From: an uncultured archaeon
Lineage (GTDB): Archaea > Thermoproteota > Bathyarchaeia > Bathyarchaeales > Bathycorpusculaceae
Length of the DNA stretch: 64,000 nt
NCBI GenBank assembly: GCA_963782915.1
Contig: CAWALK010000001.1
Span: 128,001-192,000, forward strand
Direction: 5' to 3'
Part shown: positions 42,610 to 52,630 of the stretch, piece by piece
How positions within the stretch are numbered: the stretch's first letter is position 1
Layout: every line of letters begins with the position of its first letter
Program-made: the position numbers and the translations under genes
Notes under the pieces: model-generated
Database searches by the model: none
Seen by the model: the letters and a program-made list of their open reading frames with translations, nothing else
What the model was told of the DNA's origin: nothing

Positions 42610-42994
42610 TTATTGTGTTGGGATTGTTTGCCAAAGCCCCAGAACGTTGCCTTCAGAATCTTTGAAGTACGCGGTTATTCCCATGTTTGGGACTTCCATT
42701 TTCCCCTGCACTATTTTGCCGCCTAAACTTTCAATCTTCTTCAAAGCTTCATCAATGTCTTCTACACTAATCGTTAATACGGGGCATTTAATTTCTTCAC
42801 TGCGTTGCATCATGCCGCCGTTTATGGCGCCGTGTTCTTTGGGCATGCCATCTTCGTCAAGCTCAACAGTGCTCAACAGAGTATATTCAAGCTGTGGGAC
42901 AGGGGTAATGATCCAGCCGAATCCTTGTTGATAAAATTTTTGGGCTCTCTTGTAGATTGTCTACTGGTATTTCGAAATGAATTACTTTATCCAA
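42610..42994 (-). CDS. VOC/glyoxalase family protein (frameshift near 42950)
   Basis: MDKVIHFEIPVD...RAQKFY...FGW, AINGG, YFKDSEGNVLGLWQ. Confidence 0.85.
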
Positions 42995-43070
42995 AAAAGC
43001 ATCTCCTAAGATGCTCAAGTAGGCTTGTGGTATAAACGATTGTGACTGTAGACAGTTAGTAACAGGTGCC

Positions 43071-43481
43071 TTAGCCTAAGAATTTCTTTCTGACATGGGG
43101 TTGAAGCAAGTAAACGATGACGATTATGCTGTAGGCTATTTCGGTGGCTGCTGGGAACTTTGGTATTCCTGGAACGCTTGGCAAATCCAGAACCGTTAAG
43201 GAATCGGCAGCAATAACAAATATGGAAACCAAGATTGTGCCTATCCACCCCGCTTTTTTGCCCCGCCAAATGAAGATGGCAAAGACTAGCGTTAACGCAC
43301 CGAACGCTATAGTGTAGAAGTCATAGGCTGCGGTGGCTGGAAGGGCAGAAAAGTTTTCGAACACCAAAAGCAACAAACCAGAAAAGAGGTGGATGGCGCC
43401 GATGAGTACCTGTAAACCAGTTAGGATGGCGATGCCTAAACTTCTGCCCCCAAAAGTTGGAAGTTTAGGTTTATTACTCAA
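43071..43481 (-). CDS. Hypothetical membrane protein (4 TM)
   Basis: Hydrophobic ORF overlapping the corA stop; ends YLLQPHVRKKF. Confidence 0.7.
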   Translation of the reverse strand: MSNKPKLPTFGGRSLGIAILTGLQVLIGAIHLFSGLLLLVFENFSALPATAAYDFYTIAFGALTLVFAIFIWRGKKAGWIGTILVSIFVIAADSLTVLDLPSVPGIPKFPAATEIAYSIIVIVYLLQPHVRKKFLG

Positions 43482-44446
43482 GCATTTTGCCTCAGGGCAG
43501 TTTTAGTGTTGAGCCATTTCTTGCGCCATAACCAAACAAACGGCAGAATAATCGAAGCCGCAAGTGCAGCAGCGACTACATAGATGTTGGTGCCGCCGAA
43601 TTGGGAAATGCCAAAGAAGGTTGCGATGGTGTTGGGGAAAGAAGTGACTGTGGTTACGATGGTTAGGTAGAATATGACGATGGTTAAGCTGTTGATTGAG
43701 AAATTGATTTTATTCGATGTTGCAGATAAGTGCACGTTTATGGCGTCTGAGAGAATTTCGCGGTAAGTATCTACGATATCTATTTGGCGTGTTAAATCTT
43801 CATGGGTTGTGTCGAATAACGCGCGGGCTTTTGCTGCCATGCAATTGTCTTCGCATTTGTGCAGGTTAAAAACTATGCCGCGCTCATACCATAGGAACTT
43901 GTTAAAGCTAATCATGTTTGATTTTAAGGTAAAGATTTTCCTTAGCGTCTCAGGGCTGCTTTTTTCAACCACTTCCTCTTCAATTTCAGAGGTGAGGTCC
44001 TCAAGTTTTTCTAAGTGAACATAGTGGCTAGCTATTATTTCATCGATAATATAGTAGGTTACTTGTGAGGGTGGATCAATCTTGGTTTTGCTCATTCGTT
44101 CCTTAGCGATATTGATTATGTGCTGGACTTCTTTTGGGGCTACTGTTACTAAGAAGTCTTTTGAGAACGCCATGACTACGGGGAACGCTTTTTTGGTCGA
44201 AATTACATCCTGCATTATAACGAAATAGATTATTCCGAAGCCCATTTCTAAGCGTAAATCAACGATGTTTTCGCGGGGTAAACGCAGAAAGCTAATTGGT
44301 AACTGTGTGGCGTTTGAGACGGCTTGTAATTCGTCTTCTGTTGGGTCAACGAGTTCCAGCCAAACATTTTGCAGGGGCCATGTTTGTAGCTCTTGGGGCT
44401 GGATGAAGTTTTCGCTGTTGTTGCCCAATTGGACGAGTCGAATCAT
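43478..44446 (-). CDS. CorA-family divalent cation transporter (degenerate GMN motif)
   Basis: WLELVDPTEDEL, long helical stalk, SNKINFSINSLT, 2 C-terminal TM segments with FFGIS in place of YGMN. Confidence 0.85.
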   Translation of the reverse strand: MIRLVQLGNNSENFIQPQELQTWPLQNVWLELVDPTEDELQAVSNATQLPISFLRLPRENIVDLRLEMGFGIIYFVIMQDVISTKKAFPVVMAFSKDFLVTVAPKEVQHIINIAKERMSKTKIDPPSQVTYYIIDEIIASHYVHLEKLEDLTSEIEEEVVEKSSPETLRKIFTLKSNMISFNKFLWYERGIVFNLHKCEDNCMAAKARALFDTTHEDLTRQIDIVDTYREILSDAINVHLSATSNKINFSINSLTIVIFYLTIVTTVTSFPNTIATFFGISQFGGTNIYVVAAALAASIILPFVWLWRKKWLNTKTALRQNA

Positions 44447-44533
44447 GAGTATTCAAGGATTTGGCTGCACCATATTAGAGTTGCGGATTATACGCTTGGT
44501 TAACCTATAAATAGGCTAACTTGCCTTGAAATA

Positions 44534-44746
44534 TTGAAGAGAGGAACTTTTTTGGATTACAAATCAATAACCGTAGCATCTTGCTGGTTAGCAGTCGCAG
44601 TTATCTCCGCTGTTTACATGATAGTATTTGGCAGCCAAATCGGCGACGTACTCTTTGGAGTGTTTTTGCCCGTTGGATTGCTCGTTTTTATTGCCGTCGC
44701 AGTCACGGTTTATGTAACCTCCAAACCGAATCAAACACAAACCTAA
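44534..44746 (+). CDS. Small membrane protein
   Basis: 2 TM helices; true start may be TTG at ~44552. Confidence 0.6.
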   Translation: MKRGTFLDYKSITVASCWLAVAVISAVYMIVFGSQIGDVLFGVFLPVGLLVFIAVAVTVYVTSKPNQTQT

Positions 44747-44783
44747 GATACACCCTAAACGCATCTGCATAATGGTGTTTGAT

Positions 44784-45622
44784 TTGAGTGTTGAGTTGCC
44801 CGAAGCATACATACTCTCAAAACAGATGAATACAGAACTCGCTGGAAAACAGGTTGCTACATGTAACCTTCAGAACCTCGGCAACTACCAAAAGTTAGGC
44901 TTCATCAACATGTACCTCAGTGACTTTGAAAGATTATGCAAGCACATCATTGAAGCTGTGGTTTCCCGAGGCAACACCATACGCATCAAACTTGACGGCG
45001 AAGTGAATCTGTTGCTTGCGCCTGAATACGGCGGAGTAATCCGTTACCACCCCCAAGGCAGCGCTGTATCCCCAAAGTATCACCTAAAACTTGGTTTCAC
45101 CGATGAATCCGCCTTGACCGTTACATTGACGGGTATGGGGATTATACAGGCATTAACAGATGAAGAACTACCGCACAGCTATATATACCGCCGAGACTTC
45201 TCCGCAACCGCTTCTCCAGTTGAGGAGGTTTCACTTTTGAGCGGTTCTCAAAGGAAATCGCTGGCAGAAACGTCAACCTGAAAACCGTTCTGGTTGGCAA
45301 AGACGCCGTTGTAGTGGGGCTTGGCAACGCTGCTTTCCAAGACATAATCTACAGAGCGCACCTGCATCCCAAACGCAAAGCCTCAGAGTTGAACGCCGCT
45401 GAGCAGCAGGCACTCTTTGAAGCCATACAATACATTGTTAAGCAAAGAATTAATTCTGGGGGCAAGAACCAGTTTGTCGACTTATACGGCAAACAGGGCA
45501 GCTACACTCCAGCTATGGGGCCGAACATGAAGGGCCAAATCTGCACCACATGCGGCTCAGAAGTGGCGAAACTAAGTTTTGGCGGCGGACAAATCTACCT
45601 ATGCCCCGAATGCCAGAAGTAA
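44784..45622 (+). CDS. Fpg/Nei-family DNA glycosylase-like protein (frameshift near 45228)
   Basis: ELPEA N-terminus, H2TH GLGNAAFQDIIYRAHLHP, C-terminal CxxC...CPECQ zinc finger. Confidence 0.85.
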
Positions 45623-45703
45623 CCTTTTCCCAAGAGCTATCTGGTAAGTGATTGTACCTCAAGCCCTTTATCTATAGCAGACGTCAGGACTTGCGGGATA
45701 TGG

Positions 45704-47203
45704 ATGAAGAAAAGTAACCTTTACGCTTTGGCAGCGATTCTAATCGTTTTTGTTGCGGTTTCAGCTTTTGCTGCCATAGTAGGCTATGGTTTGTCGTCTC
45801 GTTCGGATGGTGTTGCCGCTAAGAAACCCTTCTACCTTGGAGTCACTTACTGTGGAGAATCCGTTGACGGCGCATGTCAATTAATCGATAGAGTAAAAAT
45901 TTATACTAATCTGTTTTTGGTACAGTCAAACTATTTACAATCAAACCTCGATGAATTAGAGACAATTTGCGATTATGCAGTTAACTCGGGGTTAGATATC
46001 ATCGTCTACTCTAGTTCTTATCAAATTCAAAAAGCAAATCTTTCGGTCTTGCTTACGGACTTGCAGTCGCGTTGGGGCAGCCACTTCTTAGGAGTGTATT
46101 ACAATGACGAACCAGGCGGTAAAATGCTTGAGGCGCAAGTAGAAATGGGTAATATTACTAAGTATGAAGGTGGCGGAGTAAAAAGAATTGACTCAAATAC
46201 CGATACTTATGGATCAGAAACCAGTTTTAGCAAGTCAGGAACTATAACCGTTAGCACTTATAATCGCTTGCAAACAGAAACAAATTATACGGATAACTCT
46301 ACAACTACTATCTATTTTATCAACGGAACAATCGCATATCAAACAAACAACTCAACTTACATTTATACCGAAAATGGAACGGAAACCAGTTTCCAAATGA
46401 ATTCGCTAATATTTCAGCAGGATGGAACCGTACAAGACAAAAACGGCCAAGCCGTAACCGACCAAGGAAACATCACTAGGTTCGCACCCTACCAGCAACT
46501 CTGGGATTCCCGACCCCTACAAACCTATGACGACGCTGCAGTAGCATATGTCAATAATCTACAGGACACCGTTAGTTGGGTACATAACCAATCCTCTGTT
46601 ATGGTTTTCACTTCTGACTATGGCCTCTACTGGTTTGACTATAAGGGCGGCTACGATACAGTGTTCGCAGAGTTAGGCCCAACAGGCAACCCCGAACAGG
46701 AAATAGCGATAGTCCGCGGAGCAGCAAATATGCAAAACAAGACCTGGGGTACGATGCTAACTTGGCCAAACAGCACAACCCCATCGCTCCTTAGCGGCGA
46801 CGAAATGTACGAGAACCTTAAACTTAGTTATGAAAGCGGCGCGGACTATGCGGTAGTATTCAATTATGCACCCAACAGCAACGGCACAGGACTCTTGCAA
46901 GATGAACATTACACGGCTATCGAGCGGTTCTGGACTGAAGTAGTTAAAAACCCCACCACAACCAACAACATAACAATACAAGATGCGCTGGTTCTCCCCA
47001 CCAATTACGGTTGGGGCATGCGACACATAAACGATACCATATGGGGCATATGGCAACCTGACAACAATTCATCTCAGATCTGGAGCGCCATTCAAAATAC
47101 CTTAGAAAGTAAAGCGGGCAAACTTGACATAGTTTACGACGATCCATTGTACCTCGTAGAAGGCAAGTACCCACATATTCATTACTGGAATATCACTGGA
47201 TAG
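45704..47203 (+). CDS. Membrane-anchored extracellular protein, possible glycoside-hydrolase-like TIM barrel
   Basis: N-terminal TM; FLGVYYNDEPGG, FTSDYGLYWFDY, RGAA...WG; many N-glycosylation sequons. Confidence 0.7.
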   Translation: MKKSNLYALAAILIVFVAVSAFAAIVGYGLSSRSDGVAAKKPFYLGVTYCGESVDGACQLIDRVKIYTNLFLVQSNYLQSNLDELETICDYAVNSGLDIIVYSSSYQIQKANLSVLLTDLQSRWGSHFLGVYYNDEPGGKMLEAQVEMGNITKYEGGGVKRIDSNTDTYGSETSFSKSGTITVSTYNRLQTETNYTDNSTTTIYFINGTIAYQTNNSTYIYTENGTETSFQMNSLIFQQDGTVQDKNGQAVTDQGNITRFAPYQQLWDSRPLQTYDDAAVAYVNNLQDTVSWVHNQSSVMVFTSDYGLYWFDYKGGYDTVFAELGPTGNPEQEIAIVRGAANMQNKTWGTMLTWPNSTTPSLLSGDEMYENLKLSYESGADYAVVFNYAPNSNGTGLLQDEHYTAIERFWTEVVKNPTTTNNITIQDALVLPTNYGWGMRHINDTIWGIWQPDNNSSQIWSAIQNTLESKAGKLDIVYDDPLYLVEGKYPHIHYWNITG

Positions 47204-47283
47204 CGAGATTTGAAACATTAAGTTTTAAAAGGAAGACCCGTAAACTATTCAGTCAGGTTCAATTAACCCCGTGTTGTGGTCGA

Positions 47284-47718
47284 ATGGGAATAAAACTATC
47301 AAAATCCGATAAAGCATTCATATCCGAATTACCAGTTGGCAGATTAGCAACAGCAACCGAAGACTGCGAACCAGTCGTACGGCCTGTTTGGCCAGTCTTC
47401 GACGGTGTATACTTCTACATTGCATCCGACCCAGACACCCCCAAACTGGAACACATCGAAGCAAACCCGCAGGTTTCACTGGTTATCGATGACTATGACA
47501 GAGCCAACTGGTCCAACATTAAAGGCATCCGCGTCCAAGGCGAAGCAGAACTCATGTGGAACGGCGAAGAATACCGCTATGCCCATGAACTCCTCAAAGA
47601 AAAGTTCCCCGAATACCAAACTGAGGACGGCGGCTGGAAAGAAGGCGACCTTCCAATAATCAAGGTTACCCCCACAAGCTTCTACAAATGGTCTTCCGGT
47701 AGCAACTGGAAAAAATAA
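47284..47718 (+). CDS. Pyridoxamine 5'-phosphate oxidase-like (PPOX-class, flavin/F420-binding) protein
   Basis: VGRLATA, PVVRPVW, KLEHIEANPQVSLVID, VQGEAE. Confidence 0.88.
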   Translation: MGIKLSKSDKAFISELPVGRLATATEDCEPVVRPVWPVFDGVYFYIASDPDTPKLEHIEANPQVSLVIDDYDRANWSNIKGIRVQGEAELMWNGEEYRYAHELLKEKFPEYQTEDGGWKEGDLPIIKVTPTSFYKWSSGSNWKK

Positions 47719-48084
47719 ATCCAAAGAAGCATGTTTGGACCCTAATGGATGCTCATTGCAGCATCTATTGAGGGGTGGTGCCCTTGGCGTTTTTAAGCCA
47801 AACCAAACCATTTTTTTGCCTTTAAAACTTGGAGATATAGTTTATCTTATATGTACTTTCTATCCGAATAGAGTATGGGTTGAGTATTTTGACTGCTGAT
47901 GCAACCAGAGTAAAGAAGCCTAAACTGCCAAAGAAGCGTTTACTGAAAAAAGTTCAGCAAAAATAAACCCTCTTTGAGCACCCGTGATTACACGCTAACT
48001 AATCTATAGCAAACCTGCTGAGCGCTTAAATAGAAGATAAAACAAAAAAAGAAAATTAAAATTTTGGGAAAACAAAAAACAAGA

Positions 48085-48606
48085 TTACTGTGGCTTCGAC
48101 GAAGCCAGATACTTGAGGTGGAACGGTTTGATGACTATTCCGCCTTTAAGGTCAGCATTGAAGGTTTGGCTTTCAACAACCCAGTCAGATAGCTCTGAAT
48201 CGTGTGCTCTGATAAAGTCTGCAAAGCTTGTAAAGTTCTCGTGCAGTGAAATGCAAACTGCATCCCAACCCATACCTCTGCCGTCCATGACGAGGATAAC
48301 GTTGGTTTGCTTCATGTACCATTCTTTCATCTTCTGTAATGCCTGAGTCTTCTCGTCGCCTGTTTCACACTTTAGTTTACTTTTAACAAAGGTTATGGCT
48401 GCAATCTCAAACCCGATTTGGCCGAATTTGGGAATAACAGTGTATCCTTCGATAAAGTTTTCTTCAAGCATGGCACGTCTTCGAGTTACGGTAGGCTGAG
48501 AGACACCTAAGGCTTTGGCTAGTTGTCGATCGCTTCTGTGAGAGTCCTTCATGAGCTCGAACAGAATCTTGTAGTCAATTGGTTTTAGCTCTTTCATAGC
48601 ATTCAA
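48085..48606 (-). CDS. Lrp/AsnC-family transcriptional regulator
   Basis: DYKILFELMKDSHRSDRQLAKALGVSQPTVTRRR, IEGYT. Confidence 0.9.
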   Translation of the reverse strand: MNAMKELKPIDYKILFELMKDSHRSDRQLAKALGVSQPTVTRRRAMLEENFIEGYTVIPKFGQIGFEIAAITFVKSKLKCETGDEKTQALQKMKEWYMKQTNVILVMDGRGMGWDAVCISLHENFTSFADFIRAHDSELSDWVVESQTFNADLKGGIVIKPFHLKYLASSKPQ

Positions 48607-48775
48607 CTCATGAATATTTTTTTATTCAATAGCATTTTTTGCCATACTATATAAACTTACATGTTTAATAATCAAAATTTCCACCCTATTATATCGGGTA
48701 GAAGTAACAGATACTCTTAAGTTAAAAAAAACCTTTAAGGATTGCGGAGGGCAAAAAATAACGACTATTCAAATT

Positions 48776-50120
48776 TTGAATAATATTGAATCAGAAATCA
48801 CTACTTTCCTTTCAAATCTAATTCGGATTAACACCACTAATCCACCTGGAAATGAAACCGATGCAGCAAGCTTCATAGCGCAGTATCTAGCCAGAGACGG
48901 CTTCACATGTGAGGTCTTGGAGTCCGCACCGGGCAGAGGCAGCGTTATAACACGGCTAAAGGGTTCAGGAGAAAAACCAAACCTGCTCTTGCTCTCCCAC
49001 TTAGACGTTGTTGCTGCAAATCCGGCGGAGTGGTCAGTTGACCCATTTGCGGGCACAGTTAAAGACGGCTACGTCTACGGACGAGGCGCATACGACATGA
49101 AAGGTATGCTCGCCGTAGAATTATTCACCCTAAAACTCCTGAAACAAAACAACATCCCCCTAAAAGGCGACATAGTCTTGGCTGCAACCGCTGATGAAGA
49201 GAAAGGTGGCGAAGAAGGCGCAGGATACATACTGCGAAAGCACAAAGACAAAGTTTGGTGCCCATATGTACTAAACGAAGGCGGCGGATTAGCCATTCCA
49301 CAAAAAAACGGCAACGTTTACCCAGTGCAAACCGCAGAAAAAGGTATCCTCTGGTTCAAAATAAAAGCCAAAGGCACCCCTGGACACGGCTCAACACCGA
49401 ACACCGCTGACAACGCAATTCTGCGAATAAACAAAGTCATAGCCAAACTTGACAGTTATAAACCAGCAACGGTGTATGTGCCGACCCTAAAGGAATTCTT
49501 ATCAGAAATCGCCAGAATAAACCCAGACCTCAAAGCAGACTTCACAAACTTGCTGAACAACTCCAAATAAAGCGAACGAAATACTCGACGAATTAGCAAA
49601 GAAAGACAAAGCCCTCGCAGAAGAAATCAGACCCAGAACAAAAACCACCATAACACCAACCATTATCCGCGGCGGAATCAAAGAAAACATAATACCCTCC
49701 GAATGCGAAGCAACCTTCGATTGCCGAGTACTGCCCGGCCAAAGCGTAAACGACACACTTGAAACCATCAAAGGTTTGCTTAAAGATGTGGGCTATGACA
49801 AGTTAAGCTTCGAAATAATACAGATACACGACGGCAACGAATCCACAACCAAAACACCCCTCTACAGTGCCATCACGGACGTTCTACGCGAAGTAGAGCC
49901 TAACTGCGGCGTAACTCCAGCGATGACAACAGGCGGCACCGATTCACGCTTCTTCAGAGAAACAGGCAGCATATGCTACGGTTTCCACCCAATGCGCCCA
50001 GATGAACCCAACGATTTACTGGAAAAACGCATGCACGGCATCGATGAACGCATAACAATCGAGAATCTCGTTTGGGGCACAAGCGTCTTCTATGAAGCCG
50101 TTAAAAGATTCATGACTTAG
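48776..50120 (+). CDS. M20/M25/M40 metallopeptidase (frameshift near 49566)
   Basis: SHLDVV, GRGAYDMKG, ADEEKGG, NEGGG, GGTDSRF, HGIDE. Confidence 0.9.
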
Positions 50121-50219
50121 AACCAAAGCTTTGTCCAGCTTTGGACCATTCATTTTTTATTATCAACCATACATCTCTATTACTCTATCAGGCAAACGCC
50201 TGCTGGAGCGATACATAGA

Positions 50220-50762
50220 ATGTTTAGCGGAACCGCATTAGTAGGCAAAGAAGCACCCAACCTAAACCCATCCAAAACAGTCGGTTTAATCTCCGATACG
50301 CATGTCCCCAAAAGAGCCCATTGTCTACCACACAGAGTGCTAGAAATTTTCCAAAACGTAGATTACATCATCCATGCAGGCGACTTAGTGGAGTTGGCAG
50401 TTGTTGACGAACTAGAAACGATCGCTCCAGTACTGGCAGTGCACGGCAACATGGATGGCATGGATATCGTAGGAGCGCTTCCAAGGCTAAACTCCTTGAA
50501 GGTGTTTGATTGGAAAATCGGTGTCATGCATGACCCAGACATCAATTTTGGCTTCAACAAGATGCGTGAACTTGTTAAGGAACAGGGATTCAACGTCTTC
50601 GTTTATGGCCATACGCATGTAGCGAACATTAAGTGGGAAGGTAAAACCCTCTACATCAACCCTGGCAGCGCCACTGTACCCTCTTCACCCCTGAGCAAGC
50701 CATCTGTGGGTATGCTTAAAATCACAAAAGAAACTATTGTACCGGAAATAATTGATTTCTAA
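50220..50762 (+). CDS. YfcE/MJ0936-family metallophosphoesterase
   Basis: ISDTH, HAGD, GNMD, GHTH, NPGS. Confidence 0.92.
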   Translation: MFSGTALVGKEAPNLNPSKTVGLISDTHVPKRAHCLPHRVLEIFQNVDYIIHAGDLVELAVVDELETIAPVLAVHGNMDGMDIVGALPRLNSLKVFDWKIGVMHDPDINFGFNKMRELVKEQGFNVFVYGHTHVANIKWEGKTLYINPGSATVPSSPLSKPSVGMLKITKETIVPEIIDF

Positions 50763-51209
50763 CTAAAGCAGCGCTGGTCCATAGAAGATTGCGAAGAGAA
50801 CGATTCCTAAGATCAAAGAGAAAACCCAAATGCCAAGTGTAGGCAGCATCCAATTTTTTCGGCCAATGCAGCCTGCAAAGTTTTTTCTAAACCGCCAAAG
50901 CCCAGCAAGCAGGGCTGCTAACGCCACCGCTATGCTTCCAGTGATTGCATGGATTAAAATTACCGCTGAAAGCAAAGTGAATGGCGCGAGAATATTTGGA
51001 AGCAGTGCAATAACCAAGGATGGAACCATAATAGCGAAGATTAACGCGAAATGCAGTATTGTTGCTACAACCATGACGATGCCGTGTCGCATGAATTTTA
51101 GTTTACTTTTTAAATAATAACCGTAAAAAAGCAGAACCAGCACTGCCAGCTGCACTATTAAACTTGTCAGGCCTATAAGCGTAAAAAAATCCAAAGATGC
51201 CATAATCAA
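50763..51209 (-). CDS. Four-TM membrane protein (DUF420-like)
   Basis: TM helices with conserved-looking His (RHGIVM, IHAITG). Confidence 0.65.
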   Translation of the reverse strand: MIMASLDFFTLIGLTSLIVQLAVLVLLFYGYYLKSKLKFMRHGIVMVVATILHFALIFAIMVPSLVIALLPNILAPFTLLSAVILIHAITGSIAVALAALLAGLWRFRKNFAGCIGRKNWMLPTLGIWVFSLILGIVLFAIFYGPALL

Positions 51210-51329
51210 ACAAGTGAAAGTTTACCATTTTAAGCTTTACTTTCACTCACCCCTCCCCTCCGTCTCGGAGTCGCTTCTGCATGCCGCTTAAAAGCAAAAA
51301 ACGCTACACCGCTACTTTGATGATCAAAC

Positions 51330-51467
51330 ATGGAACATTGTAAGAACCCATGGAAAGATGCCTGCGCTAGTGAGGACATCAAACTCTATATCCAAATAAA
51401 AGGTGAAAACTTGCCCATTTGCCAGCAGTGCTGGAGCAAAATCGCTGATCAAGAGGCGGAATGGTGA
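51330..51467 (+). CDS. Small zinc-finger protein (45 aa)
   Basis: MEHCKNPWKDAC...LPICQQCWSKIAD; not in ORF track; stop adjoins the next ATG. Confidence 0.7.
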   Translation: MEHCKNPWKDACASEDIKLYIQIKGENLPICQQCWSKIADQEAEW

Positions 51468-51468
51468 A

Positions 51469-51690
51469 ATGGAGAGCTTCAGCGCCAACAGCGCAAAATC
51501 CTACATCGGAAGAAACGTCAACCTTCACCTAAAAGACGGTGCAGTAATAGTAAACGTGCAACTGACAAAACTACGCAAATGTGCCGGAAAAAACAACAAC
51601 CAAATCGAGTACAGCCTAGGACGCAGAGCCACCCGCATACCGCTTAGAAGCATCGCATACGCTGAAATGTTAAACGCCAATATCCTGTAA
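51469..51690 (+). CDS. Small Sm/LSm-like fold protein
   Basis: YIGRNVNLHLKDG...RIPLRSIAY resembles Sm1/Sm2 motifs. Confidence 0.55.
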   Translation: MESFSANSAKSYIGRNVNLHLKDGAVIVNVQLTKLRKCAGKNNNQIEYSLGRRATRIPLRSIAYAEMLNANIL

Positions 51691-51754
51691 AAATCCAGTT
51701 TAATAATAAAAGACCGAGTAAATGCAGAAATAGAGCCAATATAATTCTCCGTTT

Positions 51755-52150
51755 ATGGATTGCTCAAACTGTGGCGTATGCTGTACCGAAACAGAGATGC
51801 TGCTCTCAAAAAAAGACATCAAACGCTTAGAAGATAGAGGGTATAGCCAAAACCAGTTTGTACGCTATGATACACATGGATATGCCACGCTTAAGAATCG
51901 TGAGGGTTACTGCGTGTTCTATGACCTTACCAAGCGCCAATGCAGCGAATATGAAAATCGGCCGTCGGGTTGCAGAGTTTACCCCGTTATCGTTGATGAA
52001 GAGAAAGGGATCGTTTTAGATACTATCTGCGAGTCAAGAAATACCATTACTGAGCAGGAAAAACATCTTAAGGGCAAACGTGTAGTGCATCTTTTAGAAG
52101 TGATTGATGCTGAGGCGCTTGCGCGTCGCTCTGGAAAGTTGAAGGGTTAG
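51755..52150 (+). CDS. YkgJ-family Cys-cluster protein
   Basis: CSNCGVCC, CVFY...CSEYENRPSGCRVYP. Confidence 0.85.
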   Translation: MDCSNCGVCCTETEMLLSKKDIKRLEDRGYSQNQFVRYDTHGYATLKNREGYCVFYDLTKRQCSEYENRPSGCRVYPVIVDEEKGIVLDTICESRNTITEQEKHLKGKRVVHLLEVIDAEALARRSGKLKG

Positions 52151-52327
52151 TTTTAGGTTATTTTTTGGTTGTTTTGCTTGTTTGCATTGGCAGCAAATAA
52201 CTTTGTCCCTGTTTGCTTCGGCTTCTTGCTTGGGGATTAGGCTTGTTTGAATTAGTTTGCCGCAGCTGTCACAGATAACTTGGACTTCGGCTACGCGGCT
52301 GTTGCTCTGGATTATCCTAACAGGCAA
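52094..52327 (-). CDS. Small Zn-ribbon protein (3' end uncertain)
   Basis: ICDSCGK...ICCQCK; starts 2 nt after the RHH gene stop. Confidence 0.6.
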   Translation of the reverse strand: MPVRIIQSNSRVAEVQVICDSCGKLIQTSLIPKQEAEANRDKVICCQCKQAKQPKNNLKLTLQLSRATRKRLSINHF

Positions 52328-52329
52328 AG

Positions 52330-52476
52330 TTAGGGTCCTTCCTTTGTGCGTTTATCAGTTGCCACTAAGTATTCTATGTATTCTTTGATTGTGCATCCTT
52401 TTTCTTTGGCTCTTAATTTCATTTCCTGATGCACGCTCTCAGTTACGGTTAAGCATTTGTATCCTTTTCTGGGCAA
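52330..52476 (-). CDS. Ribbon-helix-helix DNA-binding protein (48 aa)
   Basis: TTG start after GAGGAG; MPRKGYKCLTVTESVHQEMKLRAKEKGCTIKEYIEYL. Confidence 0.7.
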   Translation of the reverse strand: MPRKGYKCLTVTESVHQEMKLRAKEKGCTIKEYIEYLVATDKRTKEGP

Positions 52477-52505
52477 GCACGCTTCTCCTCGGGGGCTATC
52501 TCGCT

Positions 52506-52522
52506 CCGTACAGTACGGTACT
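52506..52522. promoter_or_regulatory. Candidate operator: overlapping palindromes / triple GTAC
   Basis: CCGTAC-A-GTACGG and AGTAC-G-GTACT just downstream of the minus-strand TATA (TTTATATC) for the RHH gene. Confidence 0.5.
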
Positions 52523-52630
52523 ATTGTGGATATAAAATTAACGGTAAAAAACGGCGACCGCAAATAGTGTGAAAAGTTTTTAAACCTTAAATAAACGAGC
52601 ACGCGGTTACTATCTTTAGAGGGGAACCGA

